Shown: positions 18,761-27,775 of the stretch, piece after piece
Layout: every line of letters starts with the position of its first letter
Position numbering within the stretch: the first letter of the stretch is position 1
Source: a virus
Length of the DNA: 32,805 nucleotides
Strand: one strand, 5' to 3'
Virus record (IMG/VR): IMGVR_UViG_3300015086_000001
Span: 1 to 32,805 of that record
The notes under the pieces: generated by a model
What the model saw: only the letters and a program-made list of their open reading frames with translations
The model's database searches: none
What the model was told of the DNA's origin: nothing
Translations under genes and position numbers: made by a program

Positions 18761-20240
18761 GCCCGCCTATCACACGGCACCGACGTACGCCCGAACCCTC
18801 GGACCCGAGGTCGGCGAGCTCAACGTCCAGATCGGGTTCGCCCCCGACCCCGAGCAGCAGCTGCTGCTCGACGACACCTTCGCGATGGACGACCGGGGCC
18901 TGAGCGCAGCCTTCGAGGTCGCCGCGATCGCGCCACGGCAGAACCTGAAGACGGGCTGGCTGAAACAGGCGACCATCGGATGGCTGTTTCTCACCGACCA
19001 GCGGCTCATCGTCTGGTCCGCTCACAAGTTCGACACCGCACAAGAGGCCTTCCGCGACATGGAGGAGCTGATCAGCGGGTCCGACATGCTCCGCCGCCGG
19101 GTCAGGCGGATCTATCGCGGCAACGGCGATGAGGCTATCGAGCTCCGCACTGGGCAGCGACTGGTCTTCAAGGCCCGCACCGCCGACGGTGGACGCGGGC
19201 TGACCGGCAACAGGGTCATCCTCGACGAGGCCTACGCCTTGCAGGCCAGCCACATGGGTGCGCTGCTGCCGACCCTGTCGGCAGTCCATGACCCGCAGGT
19301 CGTCTACGGCTCGAGCGCCGGGCAGGTCAGGTCGGCGGTGCTGCGGGGCATCCGTGACCGTGGCCGGATCGGTGACCCGCGCCTGGCCTACGGGGAGTGG
19401 TGCAGTGAAGCCCCCTGCGCTGCCATCGACTGCGACCACTCGCTGACCACGACCGGCTGCGCCCTCGACGACGTGGCCAACTGGTACGCGGCAAACACGA
19501 CCCTGGGCAAGCGGATGACCGTTGAATACGTCGCTTCCGAACGTCGCGCTCTGGCCTCCGCTCCAGAAGAGTTCGGCCGCGAACGGCTGGGCAGGTGGGA
19601 CGAACCCACCGGCGATGCCGTCATCCCCGCCGACCTCTGGGCAGCCTGCCTCGACCTCGACTCCCAGATCACCGGGCCAGCGTCGTTCGCCCTGGACGTC
19701 TCACCGTCCCGGTCGTGGTCTGCGATCGCTGTCGCCGGTACCCGGGCCGACGGACTGCTGCACATCGAGGTCACGTCCAAAGACGGCCTGGTCGACCACC
19801 GCCCGGGCACCGACTGGGCTGTCCAACGACTCGTCGACCTCTCGGCGAGATGGCCTGGCATGAAGTTGACCGTCGCCCGCGGATCCGCGGCGGAGTCACT
19901 GGTCCCGGCACTGATCGCGGCTGGCGTCGAGGTCGAGATCCTCAACGGCAACGACGTGGCCGCCGCCTGCGGGCTCCTGTACGACCTGGCCACCACTGCA
20001 GGCCTTCGGCAGATCGGGCAAACCGAGCTCATCTCAGCCCTGGCAGGCGCCCGCAAGAACGTCGACGACGGCGAAGGCGCCTGGCGCTGGGGCCGCAAGA
20101 AGAGCTCAGCCGACATCACACCCTTGTACGCCGCGACCCTCGCGCTCTGGGCGGCCCGGGCAACGCCAGAACCGGAAGCCTCCGTGTTCTTCTTCAGCGA
20201 CCTTGATGACGAGGAGGACCATGAAGCCCCGGATTCCTAA
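18735..20240 (+). CDS. terL: Terminase large subunit
   Basis: 501 aa. Deviant Walker A PRQNLKTG, Walker B VILDEA and a C-terminal nuclease-type region. It lies next to the portal gene. Confidence 0.9.
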   Translation: MTPNATLVEPAYHTAPTYARTLGPEVGELNVQIGFAPDPEQQLLLDDTFAMDDRGLSAAFEVAAIAPRQNLKTGWLKQATIGWLFLTDQRLIVWSAHKFDTAQEAFRDMEELISGSDMLRRRVRRIYRGNGDEAIELRTGQRLVFKARTADGGRGLTGNRVILDEAYALQASHMGALLPTLSAVHDPQVVYGSSAGQVRSAVLRGIRDRGRIGDPRLAYGEWCSEAPCAAIDCDHSLTTTGCALDDVANWYAANTTLGKRMTVEYVASERRALASAPEEFGRERLGRWDEPTGDAVIPADLWAACLDLDSQITGPASFALDVSPSRSWSAIAVAGTRADGLLHIEVTSKDGLVDHRPGTDWAVQRLVDLSARWPGMKLTVARGSAAESLVPALIAAGVEVEILNGNDVAAACGLLYDLATTAGLRQIGQTELISALAGARKNVDDGEGAWRWGRKKSSADITPLYAATLALWAARATPEPEASVFFFSDLDDEEDHEAPDS

Positions 20241-20379
20241 GATCAGCGTCGTCTCCAACACCCTCATCATCACCGCACTGGTTGCGTTCGTCAGCTTCGG
20301 CGGGACCTTCGGCCTTCGGTGGGCGCTACTGGCAGCGGTCCCCGGGCTGGTCCTGCTCGGTGTCGCGGTGGGTGACTGA
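20221..20379 (+). CDS. 52-aa two-TM membrane peptide between terminase and portal
   Basis: GAGGAGGA (20211-20218) lies directly upstream of ATG 20221. The peptide is MKPRIPKISVVSNTLIITALVAFVSFGGTFGLRWALLAAVPGLVLLGVAVGD. There is a TGATG overlap with the portal gene. Confidence 0.6.
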   Translation: MKPRIPKISVVSNTLIITALVAFVSFGGTFGLRWALLAAVPGLVLLGVAVGD

Positions 20380-21632
20380 TGGACCTGCTGACGCGCGGCA
20401 TTCGGGGACTGGTCCGACGCAGCGGCACCGGCCCCTGGGGTGACTCCTCGATCCCCACGAACTCGTTTCAGATGGCCAGCACGTTAGGCGGCAACGTCAC
20501 AGAGGCCGGGGCACTAGCGATCTCCACGGTCATGAACTGCGTGAAGGTCCTGCACGACGACATCACCATCCTGCCGTTTGCCGCCTACTCCGGGGACCGC
20601 AACGGTGTCCGTCGCACGATCCCCGCGCAGCCGCTGATCGTCACCCGCCCGTTCGGAGACCTGCCCGTGGCGGCCGGTATGGGTCAGATCGTCGCGTCCC
20701 TGAAGCTGCGCGGCAACGCCTACATGATGGTCCTGACCACGGATGCGCTCGGCTGGCCCACCTGCGTCCAAGTGCTGCACCCGGACAGGGTCACGCCGCG
20801 CCGCGACGCCGAGGGCCGCAAGGTGTTCCGGATCGGGCAGAAGACCTACACCACCGAAGAGGTCAAGCACGTCACCGGTGTCATGCTCCCCGGCTCGGAC
20901 GAAGGCATGGACCCAATCACCTACCAGCGGGTCACTCTCGGCACCGCCGGCGACGTGAACCAGTACGGCGCGAACTTCTTCCGCAATGGCGCCACCCCGT
21001 CGGGGCTGATCTCGGTGCCCGGCTCGGGTGACAAAGCCAAAGCCCGCGAGCTCAAGGACACCTGGGAGGCCGGAAACTCCGGGGTGAGCAACGCCCACCG
21101 GCCCGCGGTCCTGTACGGCGGGGCGAGCTGGACGGCGCTGTCGGTGGCGCCGGACAACGCGCAGTTCCTGCAGACCCGATCATTCCTGCGCGAGGAGATC
21201 TGCGGATGGTTCGGCGTCCCACTGCAGCGCATCATGGCGATCGTCGACAACGCCTCCCAGGGCGGCGGGAAGGGCCTGGACTCCATCGACCAGGGCTACG
21301 CCACACACACCCTGCTCCCCTTGACCACAGCGATCGAGTCGCTGTGGAACGACATGATCCCCGGCGACGACTCGACATGGTCGATGTTCGACCTGAACGG
21401 GCTGCTGCGCGCGACACCAATGGAACGAGCGGGGATTGCGCAGATCCACCGCCTGACAGGGGTCCGTAACCGCAACGAGATCCGCGCAGCCGAGGGCTGG
21501 GCGCCCATCGACGGCCCCAACGGCGAGGACTACAACATCCCGTTCAACACGAACACCCACCTTCCCGGGATCCTCGAGCCCGGTGAGGCCGGAGACCCGG
21601 CGCTGCTGCCATCGAATGGAGTAACCCCATGA
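20379..21632 (+). CDS. Portal protein (HK97 family)
   Basis: 417 aa. Motifs such as LKLRGNAYMMV and NAQFLQTRSFLREEICGWFGVP are typical of the Phage_portal family. Synteny supports the call. Confidence 0.9.
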   Translation: MDLLTRGIRGLVRRSGTGPWGDSSIPTNSFQMASTLGGNVTEAGALAISTVMNCVKVLHDDITILPFAAYSGDRNGVRRTIPAQPLIVTRPFGDLPVAAGMGQIVASLKLRGNAYMMVLTTDALGWPTCVQVLHPDRVTPRRDAEGRKVFRIGQKTYTTEEVKHVTGVMLPGSDEGMDPITYQRVTLGTAGDVNQYGANFFRNGATPSGLISVPGSGDKAKARELKDTWEAGNSGVSNAHRPAVLYGGASWTALSVAPDNAQFLQTRSFLREEICGWFGVPLQRIMAIVDNASQGGGKGLDSIDQGYATHTLLPLTTAIESLWNDMIPGDDSTWSMFDLNGLLRATPMERAGIAQIHRLTGVRNRNEIRAAEGWAPIDGPNGEDYNIPFNTNTHLPGILEPGEAGDPALLPSNGVTP

Positions 21633-22594
21633 AGGTTCGCGACAAGATCCGCAGTGGCGGCCTCGCCCAGTTCGAGCAGCGGGTCGCCGACGGTGACACA
21701 CGGGCGCTGCGCGCTCTGGTCCGGCAGGCGATGGGACCGAACACCCTCGATCTGCGCTTCGACAAGGGGACCGAGCTGCGGGCCGCACCCGACGGCTCCG
21801 GCGGCGAGAAGCTTCTGTTCACCGGCTGCGCGTCGGTAGTGGATGCGCCGTTCACGATCACCGACTGGTTAGGTGACTACACCGAGATTGTTCGCCCCGG
21901 CGCGTTCACGAAGACGTTGGCCGAGAGCCCAGACGTCATCTACTGCCTGAACCACGCCTGGGGTGGAGCGCCCATGGCCCGGACCAAGTCGGGCACGCTA
22001 CGCCTGAGCACCGACACCGCCGGCTCACTCATGGTCGAGGCCGACCTCGACGGAACCCGAGCCGACATCCACCAGATCCACTCAGCCATGGACGCTGGAG
22101 ACCTCGACGCCATGAGCTTCGCGTTCTGGGTCACCCGTCAGACGTGGTCACCCGACTACGACCAGCGCGACATCCTCGAGGTCGACATGGACGGCGGGGA
22201 CGTCAGCGTGGTCACCTGGCCAGCGAACCCCGCCACCACCGGCACCACCGCGCTGCGCTCCGTCCAGGCCCGCGCTCTCATGCGCACCCGGGTCCCCGCG
22301 CTGATCGCCCAGCGCGCCCGGGCCGAGCAGCGTGCAGGAAAGGCACTGTCCACCTCCACGATGGAAACGCTGCAGGCGGTCCTGGACCTGATCGCAGGCG
22401 CCGACGAGTCCCTCGACGCATCACTGCCGCTGCTGTCGGAGCTGATGGGCGTCCCCAACCCCGACGCGGATGACGCGACTGACGACACGACTTCCTCCGA
22501 TGACACCACGTCGGAGAGTAAGAGCGAGCCCAAGGGCATGTCCCTGGCCCGCCTGCAGCTGCTGGAGGACCCAGCGCTGCGCAACACCGCCTGA
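21629..22594 (+). CDS. Prohead maturation protease (HK97/S78 family) with acidic C-terminal extension
   Basis: FTGCASVVDAPFTI..EIVRPGAFTKTL..VIYCLNHAWGGAPMARTKSGTLRL. ATGA overlap with the portal gene. Confidence 0.88.
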   Translation: MKVRDKIRSGGLAQFEQRVADGDTRALRALVRQAMGPNTLDLRFDKGTELRAAPDGSGGEKLLFTGCASVVDAPFTITDWLGDYTEIVRPGAFTKTLAESPDVIYCLNHAWGGAPMARTKSGTLRLSTDTAGSLMVEADLDGTRADIHQIHSAMDAGDLDAMSFAFWVTRQTWSPDYDQRDILEVDMDGGDVSVVTWPANPATTGTTALRSVQARALMRTRVPALIAQRARAEQRAGKALSTSTMETLQAVLDLIAGADESLDASLPLLSELMGVPNPDADDATDDTTSSDDTTSESKSEPKGMSLARLQLLEDPALRNTA

Positions 22595-22716
22595 CGAGCA
22601 CGCCGGCAGCCCACGCCGGACGCGGATAACGCGCACCACCTGGGCCACCACCTGGACGTCTGGCAGCCACGCACCATCAGCACCCGCGTGGGTGCCCTAT
22701 GCCCTTGGAGGGCCAC

Positions 22717-24177
22717 ATGAATGCTCTGAAGAAGTGCCGCGACCGCCTCATCGCGATCGCGGCCGAGATCCGCGCCATCAACGACGCCGCCGAGAAGGAG
22801 GAACGCAACGCCCTCACCGAGGCTGAGGACACCCAGTACACCGCGCTGCGGGCTGAGCGGACCGTCGTTGAGGCCCGCATCGCCCAGCTCGAGGACGAGG
22901 AGACCCGTGCCGCTGCTGCCGCCAAGAAGCTCAAGGACATCGGGGACATGGGGCCGGCCAAGGTCCTGTCCGAGCCGCGCACCTATGGTGCCGCGACCCG
23001 GTCCTCATACTTCCTCGACCTAGCCCGTGTCACATTGGGCCGCGGCGACGGCGACGGCGGCCTCGGCGCAGCCCGCGGGCGCCTCGAGCGCCACACCGCC
23101 GAGCTGCTGGTAGAGCTCCCCGCCAGGGAGGCCCGCCGTGAGGCCGCCGCGCTGGAGGTCAACGACCGGGAACTTCGGTCCGCCGGCTACAACCGGGGCG
23201 CCCGAGCCAGCGCGTTCGAGACCCGCGTCAACCCCAACCGCACCGACGGCCAAGGCGGCCAGTTCGTGCCCCCGATCTACCTGATCGACGAGTACATCGA
23301 CCTGCCCCGTTTCGGCCGGGCCTGCGCGAACATGTGCAAGAACATGCCGCTCCCGTCAGGCACCGACTCGATCAACCTGCCGAAGATCGCAACCGGCACC
23401 GCAGATGGGGCGCAGACCGCTGACGCAGCCGCTGTGACCTCCCAGGACCTGACCGACTCGCTGATCAGCGCCCCGGTCCGGACCATCGCCGGACAGCAGG
23501 ACATCGCCATCCAGCTCCTCGACCAGTCGCCCATCGCGTTCGACGAGGTCGTCATGGCCGACCTGCTCGCCGACTACGACTCCAAGCTGGACATCCAGGT
23601 CATCAACGGGTCCGGCGCGGCCGGACAGTTGAAGGGCGTCTTGAACGTGGCCGGGATCAACTCGGTTGTCTACACCGACGCGACCCCGACCCTGGCCGAG
23701 CTGTGGCCGTCGCTGCTGCAGTCCGCGTCCAAGGTTGCGACGCTGCGGAAGCTGGCCGCGACCGGGGTATGCCTGACCCCGTCCGTGTGGTACTGGGCGC
23801 TGTCGCAGCTCGACTCCACGGGCCGACCGCTTATCCTGTCGACCCCGAACGCGTACAACCCGATGGCGGGCTCTGGCGCACTGGAGTCCGAGGGTCCCGT
23901 GGGGACGTTCACATACGGTCTTCCTGGGTGCCTGGACGGCAACATCCCGTCCAACCTCGGCGCGGGCGTCAACGAGACCCGCATCATCACGGCCCGCTGG
24001 CAGGACCTGTTCCTGTGGGAAGGCCAGATGAAGACCCGTGTCCTCTCGGAAATCCTCAGCGGGACTCTGCAGGTCCGCATCCAGGTCTACAACTACGCCG
24101 CACTCATGGCGGACCGTCGCCCCGAGGCCATCTCGGCGGTCAGCGGCACCGGCGTCATCCCGGCGGCCGGCTTCTGA
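22717..24177 (+). CDS. Major capsid protein (HK97 fold) with N-terminal coiled-coil delta domain
   Basis: ATG 22717 lies 5 nt after GGAGG. The coiled-coil N-terminus is followed by GGQFVPPIYL..IAGQQDIAIQLLDQSP..VINGSGAAGQLKGVLN, typical of the Phage_capsid family. Confidence 0.92.
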   Translation: MNALKKCRDRLIAIAAEIRAINDAAEKEERNALTEAEDTQYTALRAERTVVEARIAQLEDEETRAAAAAKKLKDIGDMGPAKVLSEPRTYGAATRSSYFLDLARVTLGRGDGDGGLGAARGRLERHTAELLVELPAREARREAAALEVNDRELRSAGYNRGARASAFETRVNPNRTDGQGGQFVPPIYLIDEYIDLPRFGRACANMCKNMPLPSGTDSINLPKIATGTADGAQTADAAAVTSQDLTDSLISAPVRTIAGQQDIAIQLLDQSPIAFDEVVMADLLADYDSKLDIQVINGSGAAGQLKGVLNVAGINSVVYTDATPTLAELWPSLLQSASKVATLRKLAATGVCLTPSVWYWALSQLDSTGRPLILSTPNAYNPMAGSGALESEGPVGTFTYGLPGCLDGNIPSNLGAGVNETRIITARWQDLFLWEGQMKTRVLSEILSGTLQVRIQVYNYAALMADRRPEAISAVSGTGVIPAAGF

Positions 24178-24189
24178 GTGACGCAGTGG

Positions 24190-24211
24190 GCGCCCAGCTA
24201 GTGCTGGGCGC
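24190..24211 (+). terminator. Hairpin after the capsid gene (attenuator/terminator)
   Basis: gcgcccagc (24190-24198) pairs with gctgggcgc (24203-24211), with a 4-nt loop and no strong U-tract. Confidence 0.45.
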
Positions 24212-24264
24212 TCATCTGCATCCCCTCATCTCTCCCAACCTGTTGCAACGAAAGGAAATCCCCC

Positions 24265-24495
24265 ATGTCTGATCGCTCCGAGTACGTCGCTGCGTTGCAG
24301 GTTGAGCGAGAGAACCTGTCTCGCCGCCCGCACTCACCCACCCAGAAGCGCCGCCTCGCAGAAGTTGACGCCGAAGTCGACCAGTTCTCCGAGAAGCCGA
24401 AGGCGGCACCCAAGGAGACCGCCGAGAAGCCGAAGGCGACACCCAAGGAGACCGCGGTTCGCAAGGCGACGACCAAGCCCACGACCAGCAAGTAA
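24265..24495 (+). CDS. 76-aa Lys/Pro-rich protein with internal 11-aa tandem repeat
   Basis: GAAAGGAAA lies upstream. The repeat is EKPKAAPKETA/EKPKATPKETA. Confidence 0.75.
   Translation: MSDRSEYVAALQVERENLSRRPHSPTQKRRLAEVDAEVDQFSEKPKAAPKETAEKPKATPKETAVRKATTKPTTSK
24391..24456 (+). repeat. 33-bp tandem duplication (2 copies, 2 mismatches)
   Basis: gagaagccgaaggcggcacccaaggagaccgcc at 24391-24423 versus gagaagccgaaggcgacacccaaggagaccgcg at 24424-24456. Confidence 0.9.
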
Positions 24496-24506
24496 GCCGG
24501 TAGGAC

Positions 24507-25364
24507 ATGGCGATCGATCTCGGTGACCCATACCCGCTGACAGTGCTGGTCACCGACGATCTGGGTGCGCCTGCGAACGCCGGCGCCGTGGTCATCACCA
24601 TCACCCTTCCCGACTCGACCACTGTCACCCCAGCGGTCGTCAACGGCGCCGTGGGCACGTACAGCGCGACGTACACCCCGACCCTGCCGGGGCGCTACTC
24701 GTGGCGCTCTGTGGCCACAGGGGTCAACGCGTGCGCCTTTACCGACGTGTTCAACGTCATAACCGCCAGTTCGCTGATTAGCCTGGCCGACGCCCGCCGC
24801 GGACTCCGACTGTTCGGCGTGAACACGGTAACGGATGAGGACCTGCGGGAACTGATCGCTGATGCAACCCCGATCATGGAGGACCTTGTCGGGTCGATCC
24901 TGAGCCGGCCGAGGTCTGAAACCTACGACGGGGGCCGCGCGCAGATCGTCCTGCTGCACTCGCCTCTCATCTCGGTCACGTCAGTGGTCGAGTCCTACGG
25001 CTCGACCTACGAGCGGACCCTGACCCTTCAAAACCGTTTCGACGGTTCACCTGTCAGCGCTTACGGGTTCGACTTCGACGCTGAGACGGGATTGCTGACC
25101 CGCCTTGTCTCGGGGGTGGTCGCGGCATTCCCCCAAGGCCGGCGCAACATCCAAGTGACATACATCAGCGGTCGCGTGGCAGTGTCCGGCAATGTGCTGA
25201 GGGCCACCCGGCTACTGATCCGTTCCCTATGGCAACTTGAGCAGCGGGCGCCGATGGGTCCGGGTGTGTCGGCTGAGCCGGTCACCTACATCCGCGGGTT
25301 CGCGGTCCCCAACGCCGTCATCGAGATGTGCGCCGGGGACGCGCGCACGCCCGGGGTCGCCTGA
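24507..25364 (+). CDS. Head-tail adaptor/connector with N-terminal Ig-like domain
   Basis: An N-terminal beta-sandwich pattern (GTYSATYTPTLPGRYSW) is followed by ISLADARRGLRL..DEDLRELIADATPIMEDLVG, typical of gp6-type head-tail connectors. Confidence 0.65.
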   Translation: MAIDLGDPYPLTVLVTDDLGAPANAGAVVITITLPDSTTVTPAVVNGAVGTYSATYTPTLPGRYSWRSVATGVNACAFTDVFNVITASSLISLADARRGLRLFGVNTVTDEDLRELIADATPIMEDLVGSILSRPRSETYDGGRAQIVLLHSPLISVTSVVESYGSTYERTLTLQNRFDGSPVSAYGFDFDAETGLLTRLVSGVVAAFPQGRRNIQVTYISGRVAVSGNVLRATRLLIRSLWQLEQRAPMGPGVSAEPVTYIRGFAVPNAVIEMCAGDARTPGVA

Positions 25365-25807
25365 TGGCCGCTCAGTGGCCTCTTGTCGTGGCGCGGATGC
25401 TGGCGCTGCTGCCATCTCTGCCCGGATGGGGTCAGGTCACCGTGTACGACGGGCCGCCGGTCACTGCCGACATCCCCACCGACTACGTGACCGTCGGGTA
25501 CGTCGACAACGACCAGGCCGGGTCGTACACCCAGACACAGGACCCTAACGGGTTCCAATGGCAGGAGACCGGCACCGTCCGGTCCCAGCTGAACTGTGTG
25601 ACCGGCGACACGGACCTGCCCGGTGTCCGCGCCCGCGTGTTCGCCCTGATGGACGCCGTTGAGGCCGCGGTGCGCGCCGACCGGCGCCTCGGGGTCCTGT
25701 CTCCGTACGGGACGTCAGAGCTCGACGTGGACGTCCTGTCGCTGTCCAACTCCAGCGGCACAGCCCAGCAGCTGACCTTCACCCTGCACTACTTCACCGT
25801 CACCTGA
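25364..25807 (+). CDS. Neck/tail-terminator-position structural protein
   Basis: TGATG overlap; 147 aa. The call rests on position between the connector and the major tail protein. No diagnostic motif. Confidence 0.55.
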   Translation: MAAQWPLVVARMLALLPSLPGWGQVTVYDGPPVTADIPTDYVTVGYVDNDQAGSYTQTQDPNGFQWQETGTVRSQLNCVTGDTDLPGVRARVFALMDAVEAAVRADRRLGVLSPYGTSELDVDVLSLSNSSGTAQQLTFTLHYFTVT

Positions 25808-25820
25808 GAGGACCCGACCC

Positions 25821-26099
25821 ATGTCTGATGTTGAGGACTTCGCCGCCGCGCAGGCCGCCGAGTACGCCGAGTATGTCGCGGTCGAGCCGATCCTGGTCGA
25901 CGGCGCCCGCGCGTACAACCCGGGCGACCCTGTCCCGGTCAGCAACGTCGAGGCGCACGGCTACCTGGAGTCGGGGCTGGTTCGTAAGGCCAGCGACCCC
26001 GACTCCGAGCCGGCAGAGCAGCCGCCGCCGCCACCGCAGGGTGACCCCGTTGTCATTGGCGAACCCGTCAAGAAGACCACCACGAAGAAGAAGGGCTGA
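25821..26099 (+). CDS. 92-aa acidic/Pro-rich hypothetical structural-module protein
   Basis: GAGAGGA lies upstream. Good GC3. Poly-Pro and a Lys-rich tail. Confidence 0.7.
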   Translation: MSDVEDFAAAQAAEYAEYVAVEPILVDGARAYNPGDPVPVSNVEAHGYLESGLVRKASDPDSEPAEQPPPPPQGDPVVIGEPVKKTTTKKKG

Positions 26100-26104
26100 A
26101 CCCG

Positions 26105-26686
26105 ATGACTAACACTGCGCTGGCGCTGCCGGCACTACTGACCGACCCCGGTTTCCTGTACTGGGCGCCGCTGGGGTCCGCGCTGCCCACCCCGGTCTCG
26201 ACGGCGTCGGCGTTCTCCGACACGTGGCCGGTGGCGTGGATCCCGATGGGCATGACCGAGTCGGGGACCGACTTCGACGTGAACAACACGGTGTCCCCGA
26301 TCCTTGCCGCGGAGCTGATTGACCCGTTGCAGTACCGGGTGACGGCCCGTGAGGGCACCCTGTCGTTCCAGCTGCTCGCGCTGACGGCGACGAACTTGGC
26401 GCGTGCGTTCAACGGTGCCGCGACGACGGTCACCGGTTCGGGTGTGACTCTGATTACGAAGGTCGACCCGCCCGTCGTGGGCAGCGAGGTTCGGGCGATG
26501 ATCGGGTTCGAGTCCCTGGACTCGACCTTCCGGTTCGTCGCCTACCAGGTGCTGAACTCGGGGTCGGTGAAGTTCCAGTTCAACAAGGCCCCGGCGAAGG
26601 CTTCGATCCCGTGGACGGGGAAGCTGGAGAAGCCGACCGCGACGCAGCCGTGGTCTGCGTGGACCGCTGGCACTGCGCGCGCCTGA
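26105..26686 (+). CDS. Major tail protein
   Basis: 193 aa, directly upstream of the chaperone pair and tape measure. Beta-rich sequence typical of siphovirus tail tube proteins. Confidence 0.75.
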   Translation: MTNTALALPALLTDPGFLYWAPLGSALPTPVSTASAFSDTWPVAWIPMGMTESGTDFDVNNTVSPILAAELIDPLQYRVTAREGTLSFQLLALTATNLARAFNGAATTVTGSGVTLITKVDPPVVGSEVRAMIGFESLDSTFRFVAYQVLNSGSVKFQFNKAPAKASIPWTGKLEKPTATQPWSAWTAGTARA

Positions 26687-27099
26687 TGGGCAGCATTGAG
26701 TGGCTTGGTGAGTCCTTCGAGCTGAACGAGACCGTGTCCGCTGACGCGTTGGCGGACTTTGCTGCTGCCGCGTCTGACGCCGGTGGCGGGGACGTCAAGT
26801 CGATGGAGACCGTCACCACTGTCCGCACCATGGTGTGGGACTGCATCGCCGCCGGTGACCTTGACAGGTTCAAGGCCCACTCACGGGCTTCCCGGGCCGG
26901 GATCGAGGACTGGATGCTGGTGTTCCAGGCGACGATGACGCAGGAGACTGAGCGCCCTACTGGGCTGCCCTCCGGCTCATCGGATGGGCAGCCGGCCACC
27001 GACCCGAAGTCCGTTGCGAGCTCCGACGACAGGGCCTCGGTGCTGCTCGCTGGCCGTCCCGACCTTCAGCTGTCGGTGCTGCACACCAGGACCGGCTGA
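26686..27099 (+). CDS. Tail assembly chaperone (G-like)
   Basis: TGATG overlap. 137 aa, acidic. The call rests on position upstream of an ORF in the -1 frame and the tape measure. Confidence 0.7.
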   Translation: MGSIEWLGESFELNETVSADALADFAAAASDAGGGDVKSMETVTTVRTMVWDCIAAGDLDRFKAHSRASRAGIEDWMLVFQATMTQETERPTGLPSGSSDGQPATDPKSVASSDDRASVLLAGRPDLQLSVLHTRTG

Positions 27100-27119
27100 G
27101 CCTGCTCGACCTGTGCGAC

Positions 27120-27326
27120 GTGACGTACGTCCTGCTGCTGGAGCGGCTGGAGCGTCAGGTGCTGTCTGAGCGTCAGGTGGCCGCGGCGCTGGCCGCGGGC
27201 GGCGCGGAGGACGTGGAGATGCCCGACCTGGACACCTCCCGCGCCGAGTTCGACGCCGCGTTGGTTGCGGAGCCTGCACCTGAGTCCACGTCTGTGCGCC
27301 TGATGAGAGAGCTGGGGGTGGCCTGA
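27120..27326 (+). CDS. Tail assembly chaperone extension (T-like), probably reached by a -1 frameshift from the 26686 gene
   Basis: This frame is -1 relative to the G-like gene and is open from 26952 to 27326. GTG 27120 is the only in-frame start. Its stop overlaps the next ATG. Confidence 0.5.
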   Translation: MTYVLLLERLERQVLSERQVAAALAAGGAEDVEMPDLDTSRAEFDAALVAEPAPESTSVRLMRELGVA

Positions 27327-27775
27327 TGGCTGACCAGGGTTCGGAGCATCTTGCGGCGTTGGGGAAACGGTTGAAAACGGTGGGTGACAAGACGTTGCGC
27401 CGCGAGCTGCTGCGCGGGTTGAAGGCCGGCGCGGAACCCCTGGTGGTCGCCGTCGCTGATGCGGCCAGGTCGCAGCTGCCGAAACGTGGCGGGCTGAACG
27501 AGCAGGTCGCCGGGCAGAAGGTGAAGGTGCAGGTCCGCACCGGCGCGAGGACGGCCGGGGTGAGGTTGACGACGACGGCCCCGGACACGTCCCAGACGGA
27601 CTCAGGGTTCGTCCGGCACCCGACGTTCGGGAACCGGAAGAAGTGGGTCACCCAACGCATCCCGGCCGCTAAGGGCTGGTGGTCGAAGACACTCGCAGAC
27701 GGAGGCCCGGCCGTGCAACCAGAGCTGACCGCGGTGATGGACCGGATTGCCACCGAGATCCAGTCGAGGGTCTGA
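27326..27775 (+). CDS. 149-aa structural protein, possibly HK97 gp10-like, in an atypical position
   Basis: ..AARSQLPKRGGLNEQVAGQKVKVQVRTG..DSGFVRHPTFGNRKKWVTQ.. resembles the gp10-type neck/tail-completion pattern. It lies between the chaperones and the tape measure. Confidence 0.55.
   Translation: MADQGSEHLAALGKRLKTVGDKTLRRELLRGLKAGAEPLVVAVADAARSQLPKRGGLNEQVAGQKVKVQVRTGARTAGVRLTTTAPDTSQTDSGFVRHPTFGNRKKWVTQRIPAAKGWWSKTLADGGPAVQPELTAVMDRIATEIQSRV

Noticed and set aside
4417-22655. Recurrent octamer CCACCTGG/CCAGGTGG (4417, 4428, 5696, 9221, 10172, 10708, 22636, 22648)
   Set aside because: Enrichment is modest for a GC-rich 8-mer, and several copies are simply the two arms of terminator hairpins. 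I cannot separate a Chi-, methylation- or restriction-related signal from chance without shuffled-genome statistics.
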